Shown here: one piece after another, positions 8,529 through 18,260 of the stretch | Layout of the letters: the number at the start of each line of letters is the position of its first letter | Numbering within the stretch: the stretch's first letter is position 1 | Assembly: GCA_937889655.1 (NCBI GenBank) | Contig: CALBZG010000119.1 | Coordinates: 1-50,147, forward strand | Source: an uncultured Clostridia bacterium | Lineage (GTDB): Bacteria; Bacillota; Clostridia; Peptostreptococcales; Anaerovoracaceae | Direction of reading: 5' to 3' | DNA length: 50,147 nt | Notes under the pieces: generated by a model | Seen by the model: only the letters and a program-made list of their open reading frames with translations | Told to the model about the DNA's origin: nothing | The model's database searches: none | Position numbers and translations under genes: made by a program

Positions 8529-10685
8529 ATGACGGATTTAGTTTTTAAATTGGAAAATTTCGGCTGTCCGAATTGCGGCGCCAAAATCGAAAAAGAAGTA
8601 TCCTGCCTGGAGGGGGTCACATCGGCCTCTTTGGATTTTATTACAAAAAAACTTGTCGTCGTAACAAAGATGGATATCGACAGGGACCGGATCACCATAC
8701 AGATATACGATATCATTGAAAAAATCGAACCCGGCACCAAGGTGGATTTGATCGACGGAAAGAGTTATCAGAACAGCAATAGTTTTTTCCAACAGGAAGG
8801 CGACAGAAAAAGGCAGCAAATCAGATTAATGATCGGCGCGGCATTCTTTGCTATAGGCATATTGATGAAGCTTCCGGACCATCTTGAGCTTGCTGTTTTT
8901 TTCATCAGTTACATAGCGGCAGGCGGAACAGTGATATACAGAGCAGTTAAAAGTGCATTCAAAGGCCAGCTTTTCAATGAAAATTTCCTTATGTCCCTGG
9001 CTACGGCAGGAGCCTTCTTCGTGGGAGAGTATCCTGAAGGCGCGGGGGTCATGCTTTTCTACCTTGTAGGTGAAATGATGCAAGACCGTGCTGTTGACTA
9101 TTCCAGAAGGTCCATCGCGGATTTGATGGACATAAGGCCGGACTATGCCAATATATACAAAGAAGGAAAAATAATAAATGTTTCACCTGAGGATGTCCGA
9201 ATCGGGGATGTGATCATCATTAATCCGGGCGAGAAAATACCGTTGGACGGACGGGTGCTTACGGGAACATCCATGGCAGATACTTCAGCGTTGACCGGGG
9301 AGTCCATGCCTCGGGAACTGGGCCCGGGCACTGCTGCTTTAAGCGGGTTCATTAATATAAACGGCGTTTTAAAGGTCGAGGTCACTAAGGATTACGGGGA
9401 GTCCACTGTATCGAAAATTCTGGACCTTGTAGAGAATGCGGCAGCCAGAAAAGCTCCTACAGAAAATTTTATAACAAAATTTGCCAGATACTACACTCCG
9501 GTGGTGGTATTAGGCGCCCTCATGATCGCAGCCATACCTCCGCTGATCATACCTGGTGCCCTATTTTCCGACTGGCTCTATAGGGCGTTGATCTTTCTTG
9601 TGATATCCTGCCCTTGTGCCCTGGTCATTTCCATCCCTTTGGGATTTTTCGGCGGGATAGGAGGAGCATCCCGTAGAGGGATCCTGATCAAAGGAGGCAA
9701 CTATCTCGAGGCTTTGAATCATGTTGAAACAGTGGTCTTCGATAAAACCGGAACTTTGACTGAAGGGGTGTTTCGGGTTACTCAAATCAACTGCAGGCCG
9801 TTTCTTGATCAGCACAAACTGATGGAGTACGCTGCCATGGCGGAAAGCCACTCGAAACATCCAATTGCGCTCTCTATACTGAAATATTATAAGGAATGTT
9901 ACGGAGAAGAGCCGGATCATATCAAAATCCAGCATTACAGTGAAGTGCCGGGCCGTGGGATAACGTTGAAAACAGACGAGGTAGAAATCCTGGCGGGGAA
10001 TTTCCTTTTCATGAAGGAGAACAATATTTTACCCACAGATGAGGAAGTAAATCCGGAGGCAATGATAGGGGATTTGGAAAGTGTTGGTACAAGGGTTCAT
10101 ATCGCAGTAGATAAAATCTACGCCGGGAATATTTGGATATCCGATGAAATCAAAGAGGACGCTGAGAAGGCGTTGCAGAAACTGAAGGCGCTTGGAGTCA
10201 AAAAAACCGTCATGTTGACTGGTGACGTGAAAGCGTCCGGTGAAAAAATTGGCACGCAACTTGGACTGGATGAGATTTATGCAGAACTGCTGCCGGCAGA
10301 AAAAGTCGAAAAAGTCGAACTGCTGGAAAGGAACAAATCGGAAAAAGGGGTTTTGATATTTATTGGAGACGGAATCAACGATGCTCCCTCTTTAGCCCGA
10401 TCAGACGTTGGTATCGCCATGGGGGCGATGGGTTCAGACGCAGCCATCGAAGCCGCTGACATCGTCATCATGAATGACAAACTTTCCCGGGTTGCCGACG
10501 CTATAGAAATTGCAAGAAGGACAAAGCGTATCGTTCTCCAAAATATTGTTTTCGCGCTGGGTGTGAAGCTGGTATTCATACTCCTCGGAGCTTTTGGAGA
10601 AGCAACTATGTGGGAGGCTGTGTTCGCAGACGTAGGCGTCACGATCCTGGCTGTTATCAATTCAACAAGAGCTCTTAAGACCTGA
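8529..10685 (+). CDS. cadA: Heavy-metal (Cd/Zn/Co-type) translocating P1B-type ATPase
   Basis: N-terminal HMA domain with a CPNC motif, transmembrane CPC motif (SCPCALVISIP), DKTGTLT phosphorylation site and GDGINDAP. Metal specificity is inferred from the ArsR partner and the CPC motif only. Confidence 0.85.
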   Translation: MTDLVFKLENFGCPNCGAKIEKEVSCLEGVTSASLDFITKKLVVVTKMDIDRDRITIQIYDIIEKIEPGTKVDLIDGKSYQNSNSFFQQEGDRKRQQIRLMIGAAFFAIGILMKLPDHLELAVFFISYIAAGGTVIYRAVKSAFKGQLFNENFLMSLATAGAFFVGEYPEGAGVMLFYLVGEMMQDRAVDYSRRSIADLMDIRPDYANIYKEGKIINVSPEDVRIGDVIIINPGEKIPLDGRVLTGTSMADTSALTGESMPRELGPGTAALSGFININGVLKVEVTKDYGESTVSKILDLVENAAARKAPTENFITKFARYYTPVVVLGALMIAAIPPLIIPGALFSDWLYRALIFLVISCPCALVISIPLGFFGGIGGASRRGILIKGGNYLEALNHVETVVFDKTGTLTEGVFRVTQINCRPFLDQHKLMEYAAMAESHSKHPIALSILKYYKECYGEEPDHIKIQHYSEVPGRGITLKTDEVEILAGNFLFMKENNILPTDEEVNPEAMIGDLESVGTRVHIAVDKIYAGNIWISDEIKEDAEKALQKLKALGVKKTVMLTGDVKASGEKIGTQLGLDEIYAELLPAEKVEKVELLERNKSEKGVLIFIGDGINDAPSLARSDVGIAMGAMGSDAAIEAADIVIMNDKLSRVADAIEIARRTKRIVLQNIVFALGVKLVFILLGAFGEATMWEAVFADVGVTILAVINSTRALKT

Positions 10686-10693
10686 TGGAAACT

Positions 10694-10726
10694 AGCACTC
10701 CAAGAAACGGGGGGTGCTTTTTTTTG
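10694..10726 (+). terminator. Intrinsic terminator after the ATPase gene
   Basis: AGCACTCC-loop-GGGGTGCT followed by a T8 run. Confidence 0.6.
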
Positions 10727-10780
10727 TGTATAATGATATAATTTTCATCGTGGTATTAACGAGAAGCAAGGAGGATAATC

Positions 10781-12205
10781 ATGGCGTTCGGGTTTTTTAA
10801 AAAACAGGCGGTTGCGGATATTATTTTTACGAACGGCAGGATTTTTACACAAAATCCTGATCAGCCATGGGCTGAAGCGGTTGCCGTGGCAGATGGCGAA
10901 ATCATGGCGGTGGGAGATGCGGCGGAGATCATGGAAGATTATGAAGGCGATGATACGGAGATCGTCGACCTTGAAGGCGGAGTCATGACTCCCGGATTGA
11001 TAGACTCCGAGGGTCACCCTGTGATGAAATCCTTTGAGAATCTTTGCTTCTTTATGGAACCGTCGTGGGATCTTCAGCGATGCGTCGAAGAATTTTCTCA
11101 TTACGTGAGGGAGAATCCTAGTCAAAAGACTGCCTTTGCATATGGCTACAATGAGAGGCTGCTGATGGGGCTGGATCCCGGAGAAACGATAAAAATACTG
11201 GATAAAGTATCGGAAGAAAGACCTGTGGCGGCACTTTCCGCCAGCGGGATCCATCTTTGGCTGAATACCCGAGCCGTGCAGGTTGTGCGTGAAACCGCCG
11301 AAGAGGAAGAAGTTGAACAAATCAATCTATCTTATATATTAGGAGTTCTGATGCCAGTAGATCCTGATGAATTGCTGGAAGAGGTCCTGAACCGGGCCGG
11401 TGAATATTGCAAGGCTGGTTTCACAGGGGTTTTTGATGGCGGCGCACCGGACTATTTCCTGACCCTGTATCAAGGAGAACTGATCAATATGTATCAGGAG
11501 GATCTTTACAAGCAAAGGTTCTATGGATCCTTGCTGGTCAATAGAAATGTAGATGTAAAAAGCCTTGCAGCAAAGCTTATGCAAAACAGGACCAACTGTG
11601 CAGAACTCAATAATATCATCAATTTCAATACATTAAAGCTGGTAGTGGACAGAACCGGCAGCGAAGAAGCAGGCATTGCGGCGGAAGCTATTCCTGGGCT
11701 TGTCATGGCAGCCACAGAAAGAAATTTCAATGTTCATGCAGAGGCCGTGGGTGAGGGCGCTGCGGCGGAGATTATGAAAGCCTTCGATGACGTCAGGAGC
11801 GCCGGATATAAAAAGAATGTGATGGTGCTGGCTTCTGATCATCAGTTGAGCGAAAGGGAAAAACAGGAATTTCTATCCATTGAAGATATTATAACGATGC
11901 CATCTACCCGGGGCTATAGCGACGGATATACAGCAATTGAGGGGGCTGAAACTATGAAGGAAGCCATCGACAGACTGACAATTCAGGCTGCTGAAATCCT
12001 AGGTGTTGATGACAAGCTGGGTTCGATAGAAGCGGGCAAATACGCTGATTTTACTATTTTCAACGAGGACCCGTTCGAATGCAAAGTCACTGATTTCGGA
12101 AATATTGACATTGCAATGACAGTGATTTCCGGGAATATTGTATACGATTCTGAGGAGGATGATAGCCGTTCGTGGTACGAACTGCTATCACAGCAGCAGT
12201 ATTGA
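10781..12205 (+). CDS. Amidohydrolase-3 (YtcJ-like) family protein
   Basis: Begins ADIIFTNGRIFT...AVAVADGEIMAVGD and ends GSIEAGKYADFTIFNEDPF. AAGGAGG RBS. Confidence 0.7.
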   Translation: MAFGFFKKQAVADIIFTNGRIFTQNPDQPWAEAVAVADGEIMAVGDAAEIMEDYEGDDTEIVDLEGGVMTPGLIDSEGHPVMKSFENLCFFMEPSWDLQRCVEEFSHYVRENPSQKTAFAYGYNERLLMGLDPGETIKILDKVSEERPVAALSASGIHLWLNTRAVQVVRETAEEEEVEQINLSYILGVLMPVDPDELLEEVLNRAGEYCKAGFTGVFDGGAPDYFLTLYQGELINMYQEDLYKQRFYGSLLVNRNVDVKSLAAKLMQNRTNCAELNNIINFNTLKLVVDRTGSEEAGIAAEAIPGLVMAATERNFNVHAEAVGEGAAAEIMKAFDDVRSAGYKKNVMVLASDHQLSEREKQEFLSIEDIITMPSTRGYSDGYTAIEGAETMKEAIDRLTIQAAEILGVDDKLGSIEAGKYADFTIFNEDPFECKVTDFGNIDIAMTVISGNIVYDSEEDDSRSWYELLSQQQY

Positions 12206-12233
12206 ATTCTGTATTGCATGAAAGGGATCTCCT

Positions 12234-13379
12234 ATGACAAAAGAAACACTTCGCCCAGCCTGGGCGGAAATCGATTTAACGAATTTGAGCCACAACATCA
12301 GAAGCATTATAACAAAAGTAGCTCCGGGGACGACGATCATCGGGATCATCAAAGCCGATGCTTACGGGCACGGCGCCTTAAAGGTGGCCGAGTCTCTCAG
12401 AATACATGGGATCAAGTCCTTCGGAGTCGCTACGATCAGCGAGGGGACGACTTTAAGAGCTGCGGGATTTAACGAGGAAATCGTCATTCTTGGGCTGGTC
12501 CCGAACCAGTATACGAGAGAGCTTGTAAAAAACAGATTTACAGCCGTTACATGCAGCCTCGAAAATGCCCGGGCGCTTTCTTCAGCCGGCCTGGAGGCTG
12601 GAAGGACTGTAGAAACATTCATCGCCATAGATACTGGTATGGGCAGGATCGGGTATCTATCCGAAAATGAAAAAGAACTGGATGCCGCCATTGAAGAAAT
12701 CCAGGAAATCCAGAAACTGCCCAATCTACATATCAAAGGACTTTTTTCACATATGTCCACCGCTGATGAAGCCGATAAAACCTTTTCGAAAAAACAGGAG
12801 CAGAGATTTAATGTTTTTTATAAGTCTGCGATGACCAAAGGCGTACTGCTGCCTATAAGGACCTTTGCAAATAGCGCATGCATCATGGAAATGCCTTCTG
12901 TGCATTTTGATGCAGTTCGTCCGGGAATCGTGCTGTATGGCTGCTATCCGTCAGAACAGGTGGACCCTGCTGAATTGGATATCAAACCGGTTATGTCCGT
13001 AAAAGCCGAAATCGTTCATCTAAAGGAAGTTCCTTCGGGTTTTTCGGTAAGCTACGGCAGAAAATTCATCACTGGAAGAACAAGCAGGATCGCCACCATC
13101 AACATAGGCTATGCCGATGGTTATCCGAGAGCCTGGTCAAGAACCGGGCATGCCATCGTTAACGGATGCATGGTGCCGGTAGCCGGCACTATTTGCATGG
13201 ACCAGTGCATGCTGGATGTGACAGATGTTCCGGATGTCAAAATCGGAGATCATGTCATCGTCATGGGCTCGGACGGAACCAATGAAATTCTGGCGGAGGA
13301 TATCGCAAAGGCCGTCGGTACAATCAATTATGAGATATTGTGCGGCTTCGGCCAGAGGCTGCCAAAAATATACAAATAA
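12234..13379 (+). CDS. alr: Alanine racemase
   Basis: RPAWAEIDL start, PLP-lysine motif IIKADAYGHGA, and C-terminal YEILCGFGQRLPKIY. Confidence 0.9.
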   Translation: MTKETLRPAWAEIDLTNLSHNIRSIITKVAPGTTIIGIIKADAYGHGALKVAESLRIHGIKSFGVATISEGTTLRAAGFNEEIVILGLVPNQYTRELVKNRFTAVTCSLENARALSSAGLEAGRTVETFIAIDTGMGRIGYLSENEKELDAAIEEIQEIQKLPNLHIKGLFSHMSTADEADKTFSKKQEQRFNVFYKSAMTKGVLLPIRTFANSACIMEMPSVHFDAVRPGIVLYGCYPSEQVDPAELDIKPVMSVKAEIVHLKEVPSGFSVSYGRKFITGRTSRIATINIGYADGYPRAWSRTGHAIVNGCMVPVAGTICMDQCMLDVTDVPDVKIGDHVIVMGSDGTNEILAEDIAKAVGTINYEILCGFGQRLPKIYK

Positions 13380-13403
13380 ACATTCAGCGCATAAGGAAAC
13401 TAA

Positions 13404-14033
13404 ATGAAAAAAACTTTCTATAAATTGTTTTGGCTCTTCATATTTTTCAGTGTGTTTGGTGTCGTCAGCGAGGGAATTTACTGGATCATTCGGTACGGCC
13501 ATTTTGACCTGCGGGCAGGGCTGATATATGGTCCGTTTTGCGAGGTTTATGGATTTGCGGTGGTGCTTCTATGGCTGGTCTTAAGGAACTACAAGGACAA
13601 AAAATTGCCATTGCTGCTTTTTTTTGCCTATGTCACAGCGGTTTCATTTGAACTGTTTGCGAACATCCTGCAGGAGGCTATTTTTGGCTATACCTCCTGG
13701 GAATACAGCGGCTCGTTTTCTCTTTTTGGAAGAGCAAATCTTCTCTATGCTATTCCATGGGCCATAGCAGGAGTCATGGTGGTCCGTTTCTTCTACCCGT
13801 GGTTCAGTGGAGTTTTAGAGAAAATGCCCGAAAAAGCAGGCAAAGCAATAACATGGGCGATGATCATTTTCATGGTGTTCGATTTTGCAATATCGGCGGC
13901 GGCGGTAAACCGGTATGACGAGAGGTTTAATAATATTCCTGCGGAAAATAGAGTGGAACAGTTTCTGGACCGCCATTATCCCGATGCATATTTGGAAGTT
14001 AAGTTTGCACGTATAGACAATGGCAGAAAATAG
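13404..14033 (+). CDS. Polytopic membrane protein (PF06541-like 'putative ABC-transporter type IV' family)
   Basis: Several hydrophobic helices. The LIYGPFCEVYGFAVVL block resembles that family. Function unknown. Confidence 0.5.
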   Translation: MKKTFYKLFWLFIFFSVFGVVSEGIYWIIRYGHFDLRAGLIYGPFCEVYGFAVVLLWLVLRNYKDKKLPLLLFFAYVTAVSFELFANILQEAIFGYTSWEYSGSFSLFGRANLLYAIPWAIAGVMVVRFFYPWFSGVLEKMPEKAGKAITWAMIIFMVFDFAISAAAVNRYDERFNNIPAENRVEQFLDRHYPDAYLEVKFARIDNGRK

Positions 14034-14103
14034 AGATACAATAGAAGACGAAATCAAAAGTGAGCAACATGATTTAACAGATTTCATCAGGAAGGTATTT
14101 ATC

Positions 14104-15294
14104 GTGAAGATTTTAATTACCAGTGAATGGTATTCGCCGGCGATCAATGGTGTGGTGACGTCGGTGCTCAACCTGCAAACCGAATTGAAGAAATTGGGTC
14201 ATGAGGTCAAGGTGCTGACTCTTTCAGCGACGGCCAGATCCTATGAAAAAGATGGTGTGACATATTTCGGGTCCTTCGGTACAGGGAAAATTTACCCGGG
14301 CACCAGGGTCGCGTTATTCAGAGGCAATAAATTTTTAGAGGAGTTGATTGAATGGGGGCCGGATATTATACACTCCCAGTGTGAATTCAGCACTTTTCAT
14401 ATAGCCCGGCAAATATCAAAAGAATTAGATATACCCATCGTCCATACCTACCATACGGTATATGAAGACTATACCCATTATTTTTCACCGAATAAAAAAT
14501 GGGGAACAGCTATGGTGGTCCGTTTTACCAGACGAGTTCTGAACAGTGCAGAATGCGTCATCGCTCCTACGGAAAAAGTCAGATCACTGCTGCTCGGCTA
14601 TGGAGTGAAACGTCAGATATATGTTGTTCCTACGGGTATCAACCTTGAAAATTTTGTGGTATCTGTCAGCACCGAGGAAAAACGCAGGCTCCGAGACTCT
14701 TTAGGTATTCCGTTCGGAAGCAGAGTGATGACCTTTGTGGGGAGACTTGCAAAGGAAAAAAATCTGGAAGAAATATTTACCTATCTGACAAGATATATTT
14801 CTGAGACCGGCAAAAAAGATATAACCCTTTTAGTTGTCGGTGACGGTCCTCACAGGAGCTTTCTGGAGCAATACGCTTCAGATCTGGGGGTTTCTGACAA
14901 CGTTGTTTTTGCAGGCATGGTAAAAGCATCGGAGGTTGCTAAATATTATCAACTAGGAGAGGTTTTTGTCAGTGCTTCAAGCAGTGAAACCCAAGGCCTT
15001 ACTTATATAGAAGCGTTGGCAAACGGCGTTCCCGCATTATGCAGAAAAGATCCGAGCCTGGAGGATGTGATCCGGGAAGGTGAAAATGGATGGCAATATG
15101 AAAACTATGAAGAGTTCGTGGAAAAACTTGAAAGGATGCTGAGCAACGAAATCCTGCATAAAAGGATGGCGGAAAATGCACGGGCAGGAGCTGTACAAAA
15201 GTTTTCATCGATTGGTTTTGCAAAAAAGGTTGAGAAAATATACCTGAACACTATGGATTTTTCGTTGGCGGGGCTGAAAAAGTCAGAAGGATGA
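14104..15294 (+). CDS. Family 4 glycosyltransferase (GT-B; glycolipid or cell-envelope type)
   Basis: (V/M)KILITSEWYSPAINGV start and a C-terminal E-x7-E-like region (SETQGLTYIEALANGVP). A GTG at 14104 with an AGGAAGG RBS is preferred over the track's ATG at 14020. Confidence 0.8.
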   Translation: MKILITSEWYSPAINGVVTSVLNLQTELKKLGHEVKVLTLSATARSYEKDGVTYFGSFGTGKIYPGTRVALFRGNKFLEELIEWGPDIIHSQCEFSTFHIARQISKELDIPIVHTYHTVYEDYTHYFSPNKKWGTAMVVRFTRRVLNSAECVIAPTEKVRSLLLGYGVKRQIYVVPTGINLENFVVSVSTEEKRRLRDSLGIPFGSRVMTFVGRLAKEKNLEEIFTYLTRYISETGKKDITLLVVGDGPHRSFLEQYASDLGVSDNVVFAGMVKASEVAKYYQLGEVFVSASSSETQGLTYIEALANGVPALCRKDPSLEDVIREGENGWQYENYEEFVEKLERMLSNEILHKRMAENARAGAVQKFSSIGFAKKVEKIYLNTMDFSLAGLKKSEG

Positions 15295-15331
15295 TCTCGT
15301 TGATGAATATGATGACAATGAAGGGTTCTAT

Positions 15332-15361
15332 GATGAGGAGTAATTCCCTCATCTTTTTTTT
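15332..15361 (+). terminator. Intrinsic terminator
   Basis: GATGAGG-loop-CCTCATC followed by a T8 run. Confidence 0.7.
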
Positions 15362-15380
15362 GTTGGAGCGATTTTAATAT

Positions 15381-15408
15381 TTGAACATTGTGAAAATAGT
15401 GATATAAT
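15381..15408 (+). promoter_or_regulatory. Extended -10 promoter upstream of the yegP-like remnant
   Basis: TTGAAC, 16-nt spacer, TGaTATAAT. Confidence 0.5.
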
Positions 15409-15482
15409 TATTTCAAGAATTTTAAAAAATCAACTATTCAAATGACCGATGCAGCCAGTTCGTTTTTCAAGGAGGGATGTGG

Positions 15483-15784
15483 ATGACAGGAAAATTTGTA
15501 ATAAGAGATATTAAAACCGGCATCAAGTTTGATTTAAGAGCGGGGAACAATCAGGTTATTTTAATTTCAGAAGTTTATTCATCTATAGCAGCCTGCAAAA
15601 AGGCGTTGAAAGCTTAAGATGCAACGCCCCTGTTGCGGCCGTTGAAGATCAGACAGTTGGAACCGGGGAAGCTTACAAGGCGAAACCAAGTTGTAGAAAC
15701 GGCATTGAATCGGTCAAGAAAAATGCACCGGACGCCGTAGTGATCGAAGAAAAAAAGAAGTATAAGCATCCTTTAATTCCTTAA
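15483..15784 (+). pseudogene. DUF1508 (YegP-like) gene, frameshifted and internally truncated
   Basis: The 44-aa ORF MTGKFVIRDIKTGIKFDLRAGNNQVILISEVYSSIAACKK stops at 15617. The +1 frame continues GVESLRCNAPVAAVEDQT...AYKAKPSCRNGIESVKKNAPDAVVIEE to 15784. The frame break sits in the A5 run at 15597-15601. Confidence 0.6.
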
Positions 15785-15785
15785 A

Positions 15786-15817
15786 ATGGCCGCCCTTGAA
15801 AAGGGGCGGCCATTTTG
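15786..15817 (+). terminator. Intrinsic terminator
   Basis: ATGGCCGCCC-loop-GGGCGGCCAT followed by TTTT. Confidence 0.7.
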
Positions 15818-15896
15818 CTATACTGATGTTTACTTAACGGGATGGATATTTTTTATTCAACACCTGAATTTTACCGAAATTATGCGGAGGCTTTGC

Positions 15897-17483
15897 ATGA
15901 GAAATCGTCTCATAAAACCGCTCGATCAAGATTATACCGAATATCTGCGAGACGAATCACGGGCCACGGGCAGTGCTGAAAGCATTTCCTTTCCCAAAAG
16001 TCCGAGCGATGTCATCTCCATTGTTCAGGAAATGAACAATAAAGGTATCCCTATTACCATTCAGGGTGCCAGGACCGGACTGGCTGCCGGGGCGGTGCCT
16101 TATGGCGGTCATATACTCAACCTATCCGGCATGGATCGTATTTTGGGAATGCGTTGCAGCCACGAGGGCAGATTCTATGTTACCTGCGAGGCCGGTGTGG
16201 TTCTCTCACGACTGAATAAAATTATCGAAAGCAGAAAGTTTAGCACAGCAAGCTGGAACTCAGTATCCAAGGCTGCTTTGCAGGAATTTGCCAATGCAGA
16301 AGAGCAATTTTTCAGTCCGGATCCAACAGAAACCTCCGCAACCATTGGCGGTATGGTGGCCAATAATGCATCGGGAGCCAGAAGCTATCTATACGGATCC
16401 ACCCGGGATCATGTTACCGCCCTACGAGTCGTACTATGCAACGGCGAAACGCTGTTACTCAGAAGGGGAGATATTTTTGCCAGGGGTAGAAGGATTTCCC
16501 TCAAGACGGAGCAGGCAAATAATATCGATGCGCAACTACCATCGTATATTATGCCAAAAACCAAAAATGCAGCAGGCTATTATATCGAAGATGATATGGA
16601 CGCCATCGATCTTTTTATCGGTTCCGGCGGGACTCTGGGGATCATCACGGAAATCGAATTGGAATTGCTGACAAAGCCAAAAGTGATCTGGGGCGTGAAC
16701 TGTTGTTTTGAAGAGGAAAAATGCGCTATCGACTTTGTTCAGGCAGCCAGAACGAAGATGAAGAATATTGCCGCCCTGGAGTTTTATGACGGTTCGTCAC
16801 TGGAGGTCCTGCGCCGTCAAAAGGCGGAGAACCCAGCGTTTTCAAAGCTGCGCACCGTTGATAATAGAATCAGCAGCGTTATTTATGTCGAGCTTCACTG
16901 TGAAAATGAGGAGTGCGCTATCGATAATTTAAATGAAATCGCAGCACAAATGCAAATTTCGGGGGCAAAAAAGGAGGACACTTCTGTTGCCAGGACAGAG
17001 TCCGATCGTGACAGCCTCTACTTTTTCAGGCATGCAATCCCGGAAAGTGTGAATATGCTGATCGATCAGAGGAAAAAAGACAATCCAATCATCAGAAAGC
17101 TGGCTGCGGATATGTCCGTTCCGGATCGGTACCTGTCGGACATCATGGAGATGTACCGTTTTACGCTTGAAAAAAACAATTTGGAATCAGCTATTTGGGG
17201 ACATGTTGGAGACAATCATCTGCATGTGAATATATTGCCCAAAAGCACAGTGGATTATGAAAAAGGGAAAGCATTGTATCAGAAATGGTCTTCTGAAGTT
17301 TCAAAATATGGAGGTGCCGTATCCGCCGAGCATGGCATAGGAAAGTTGAAGACAGACCAGCTGGCGCTGATGTACGGTGCTGAACATATTGAGGAGATGA
17401 GGAAGCTGAAAGCTGCTTTCGACCCAAGGGGGCTGCTTTGCCCCGGCAATTTATTCACCATGGAAGGAGACGGCGGCAAATGA
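15897..17483 (+). CDS. FAD-binding oxidoreductase of the GlcD / D-lactate dehydrogenase family
   Basis: FAD_binding_4-like N-terminus (IQGARTGLAAGAVP, GGMVANNASG) and C-terminal HVGDNHLHVN...SAEHGIGK. Start at ATG 15897 (GGAGG RBS). The track's 37 extra residues translate the upstream terminator. Confidence 0.8.
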   Translation: MRNRLIKPLDQDYTEYLRDESRATGSAESISFPKSPSDVISIVQEMNNKGIPITIQGARTGLAAGAVPYGGHILNLSGMDRILGMRCSHEGRFYVTCEAGVVLSRLNKIIESRKFSTASWNSVSKAALQEFANAEEQFFSPDPTETSATIGGMVANNASGARSYLYGSTRDHVTALRVVLCNGETLLLRRGDIFARGRRISLKTEQANNIDAQLPSYIMPKTKNAAGYYIEDDMDAIDLFIGSGGTLGIITEIELELLTKPKVIWGVNCCFEEEKCAIDFVQAARTKMKNIAALEFYDGSSLEVLRRQKAENPAFSKLRTVDNRISSVIYVELHCENEECAIDNLNEIAAQMQISGAKKEDTSVARTESDRDSLYFFRHAIPESVNMLIDQRKKDNPIIRKLAADMSVPDRYLSDIMEMYRFTLEKNNLESAIWGHVGDNHLHVNILPKSTVDYEKGKALYQKWSSEVSKYGGAVSAEHGIGKLKTDQLALMYGAEHIEEMRKLKAAFDPRGLLCPGNLFTMEGDGGK

Positions 17484-18259
17484 AGATAGCGGTCTGCATC
17501 AAGCAGGTGCCCTCCACCAATGAAGTGAGCATGGATCCGGTGACCAATACGATAATCAGGGACAGTCGTCAATCAGTAACGAATCCTTTTGATACCTATG
17601 CACTGGAACAGGCTGTCCAGCTAAAGGAGAAGCTGGGGGGCGAGGTGATCGCGATAAGCATGGGGATCCCTGGGACAGAGAGGCTTCTTCGGGATGCGGA
17701 AAGCCGCGGAGCTGACAGAGCCGTACTTTTAACTGATCGGGAGTTTGCGGGCGCCGATACGCTGGCAACATCCTATACGCTGGCGCTGGGGATCAAACAA
17801 TTGGGGGATGTGGACCTGATCCTGTGCGGCAAAATGGCAGTGGATGGTGATACCGCCCAGATCGGACCCGAGCTGGCCGAGCAGCTTGGCATTCCACACG
17901 CAACGGATGTTTGTGAGATCTTGGAAGCTGATCCCCAAAAAATCGTATGCCGAAAGAACACGGATTGGGGCACCATGGTATTGAGGATCCAATTGCCTGC
18001 ATTGCTTACGGTTTCAAAGGATATCAATCTGCCGAGACTTCCTTCTATTCCGGGAGTGCTATTTGGATTGACTGCACCCTTTGAGATAAAAGATGCGAAC
18101 AAGCTGGAGGCAGAACCCGGCCGCATTGGCTTGACCGGTTCACCTACGCAGGTCGTCAGCACCTATGTCATGCAGCGACGGAGCGAAGCGCAAAGCATTG
18201 AAGGCGAACCAGGGACTCAAGCGGAAAAAATAAAAAAGCTGATCAAGGAGCTTTTATAA
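17480..18259 (+). CDS. etfB: Electron transfer flavoprotein, beta subunit
   Basis: MKIAVCIKQVPS start and DLILCGKMAVDGDTAQIGP block. The ATGA start/stop overlap with the dehydrogenase gene indicates translational coupling. Confidence 0.85.
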   Translation: MKIAVCIKQVPSTNEVSMDPVTNTIIRDSRQSVTNPFDTYALEQAVQLKEKLGGEVIAISMGIPGTERLLRDAESRGADRAVLLTDREFAGADTLATSYTLALGIKQLGDVDLILCGKMAVDGDTAQIGPELAEQLGIPHATDVCEILEADPQKIVCRKNTDWGTMVLRIQLPALLTVSKDINLPRLPSIPGVLFGLTAPFEIKDANKLEAEPGRIGLTGSPTQVVSTYVMQRRSEAQSIEGEPGTQAEKIKKLIKELL

Positions 18260-18260
18260 C

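Noticed and set aside
10745-11320. 191-aa ORF antisense to the amidohydrolase
   Set aside because: It is a shadow ORF opposite a well-supported gene. It has no motif and a His/Arg/Phe-rich, atypical composition.
15786-15896. N-terminal 37 residues of the track ORF for the FAD dehydrogenase (MAALEKGRPFCY...)
   Set aside because: These codons are the translated terminator hairpin of the upstream unit. A GGAGG RBS precedes the ATG at 15897.
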